NCBI RefSeq assembly: GCF_036321535.1
Contig: NC_087472.1
Location: 101,992,001 to 102,056,000, forward strand
Source: Camelus dromedarius
Taxonomy: Eukaryota
Length of the DNA stretch: 64,000 nt
Direction: 5' to 3'
Shown: positions 63,340 to 64,000 of the stretch, in pieces
Position numbering within the stretch: position 1 is the first letter of the stretch
Layout: each line of letters opens with the position of its first letter
The notes under the pieces: generated by a model
The model's database searches: none
What the model saw: the letters and a program-made list of their open reading frames with translations, nothing else
Told to the model about the DNA's origin: nothing
Program-made: the position numbers and the translations under genes

Positions 63340-64000
63340 TGCCTGTTCCCACCAACCAGAGCAGAAAGTCTCAGAATTCCTGGGGCATCAATCAGGTCAA
63401 GTACTCAGAAGCCTTTAGACCCAAGACTGGGAGATGATGAGCCCTAAAAGAAACACTGCCCAGAACTGCCTAGCAACTCTTAGAAGCAAGACCCAAAAGA
63501 ATCAAACTGTTTCTAAGGAATTTAACCACACCCCAGAAACAGAAGAAAACTATTTAGAGAAATGCAAAAACATACCTAATACCCAACAAGGTAAAATTCA
63601 CCATGACTAGAATCCGATTTTTTAAGAATACCAGGAAAGCAAAGAAGCAGGAAAATCAATCAATTGAAACCATCCTAGAATGACAAAAATGATTGAATTA
63701 GCAGACAAAGTCATTAAAACAGTTATTATCACTGCATAACTGTATTCCATATGTTCAAGAAGCTAAATGAAAGACCACAGGTTAATGAGAGACAGAAATG
63801 GTAAAAAAAAAAAAAAAACAGGTAAATTATAGCTCTTTAAAGCATGTGAGAAGGTTGAAAGCAAAACACATAACACCGTATGATGAAGATCTCAATATAC
63901 ACAGATGTAATACATAAAACTATAGCATAAAGCAGGGAGGAGAAAGGGGTCTTTATGGTGGTAAGGTTTGTACATTTTCATCGAAGTAGGAAAACACTGA
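63340..64000 (+). mobile_element. Old L1M 5'/ORF1-start and inter-ORF fragments
   Basis: acccaacaaggtaaaattcac...aagaagcaggaaaat...tgaattagcagacaaagtcattaaaacagttatt. Confidence 0.7.

Noticed and set aside
1..64000. Prokaryote-type systems (operons, CRISPR arrays, defence islands) or a host multi-exon gene
   Set aside because: The sequence is eutherian and repeat-rich, with no regularly spaced repeat-spacer array and no recognisable non-transposon protein

Overview
Mammalian genomic DNA, most likely camelid (alpaca/llama/camel), inferred from two tRNA-derived SINEs of the Vic-1 type and the absence of Alu, Bov-A/BovB, PRE-1 and SINEC. The window is repeat-dense and looks intergenic or intronic. 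I recognise no host protein-coding gene; the recognisable proteins in the ORF track are decayed LINE-1 and LINE-2 products. The main observations concern retrotransposons. (1) A 5'-complete LINE-1 (16817-~21290) has lost ~2.6 kb of ORF2, including the whole RT, through an in-frame EN/C-terminus fusion, and carries a ~0.7 kb 3' transduction bounded by a 15-bp TSD. (2) Two short twin-primed insertions (~42785-43101, ~47342-47617) together reconstruct an L1 lineage whose normal 3'UTR is replaced by a different tail. (3) Other TPRT footprints are an apparent L1-mediated deletion, a solo poly(A) insertion and a candidate 3'UTR retrocopy. Candidate regulatory elements are an extended CTCF motif, an NF-kB/STAT/ETS/AP-1 cluster and a CpG-rich MER5 with a perfect CRE; there is also one well-formed orphan exon. 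Repeat family names come from my recall of consensus sequences, not from a search, and boundaries of old repeats are approximate.
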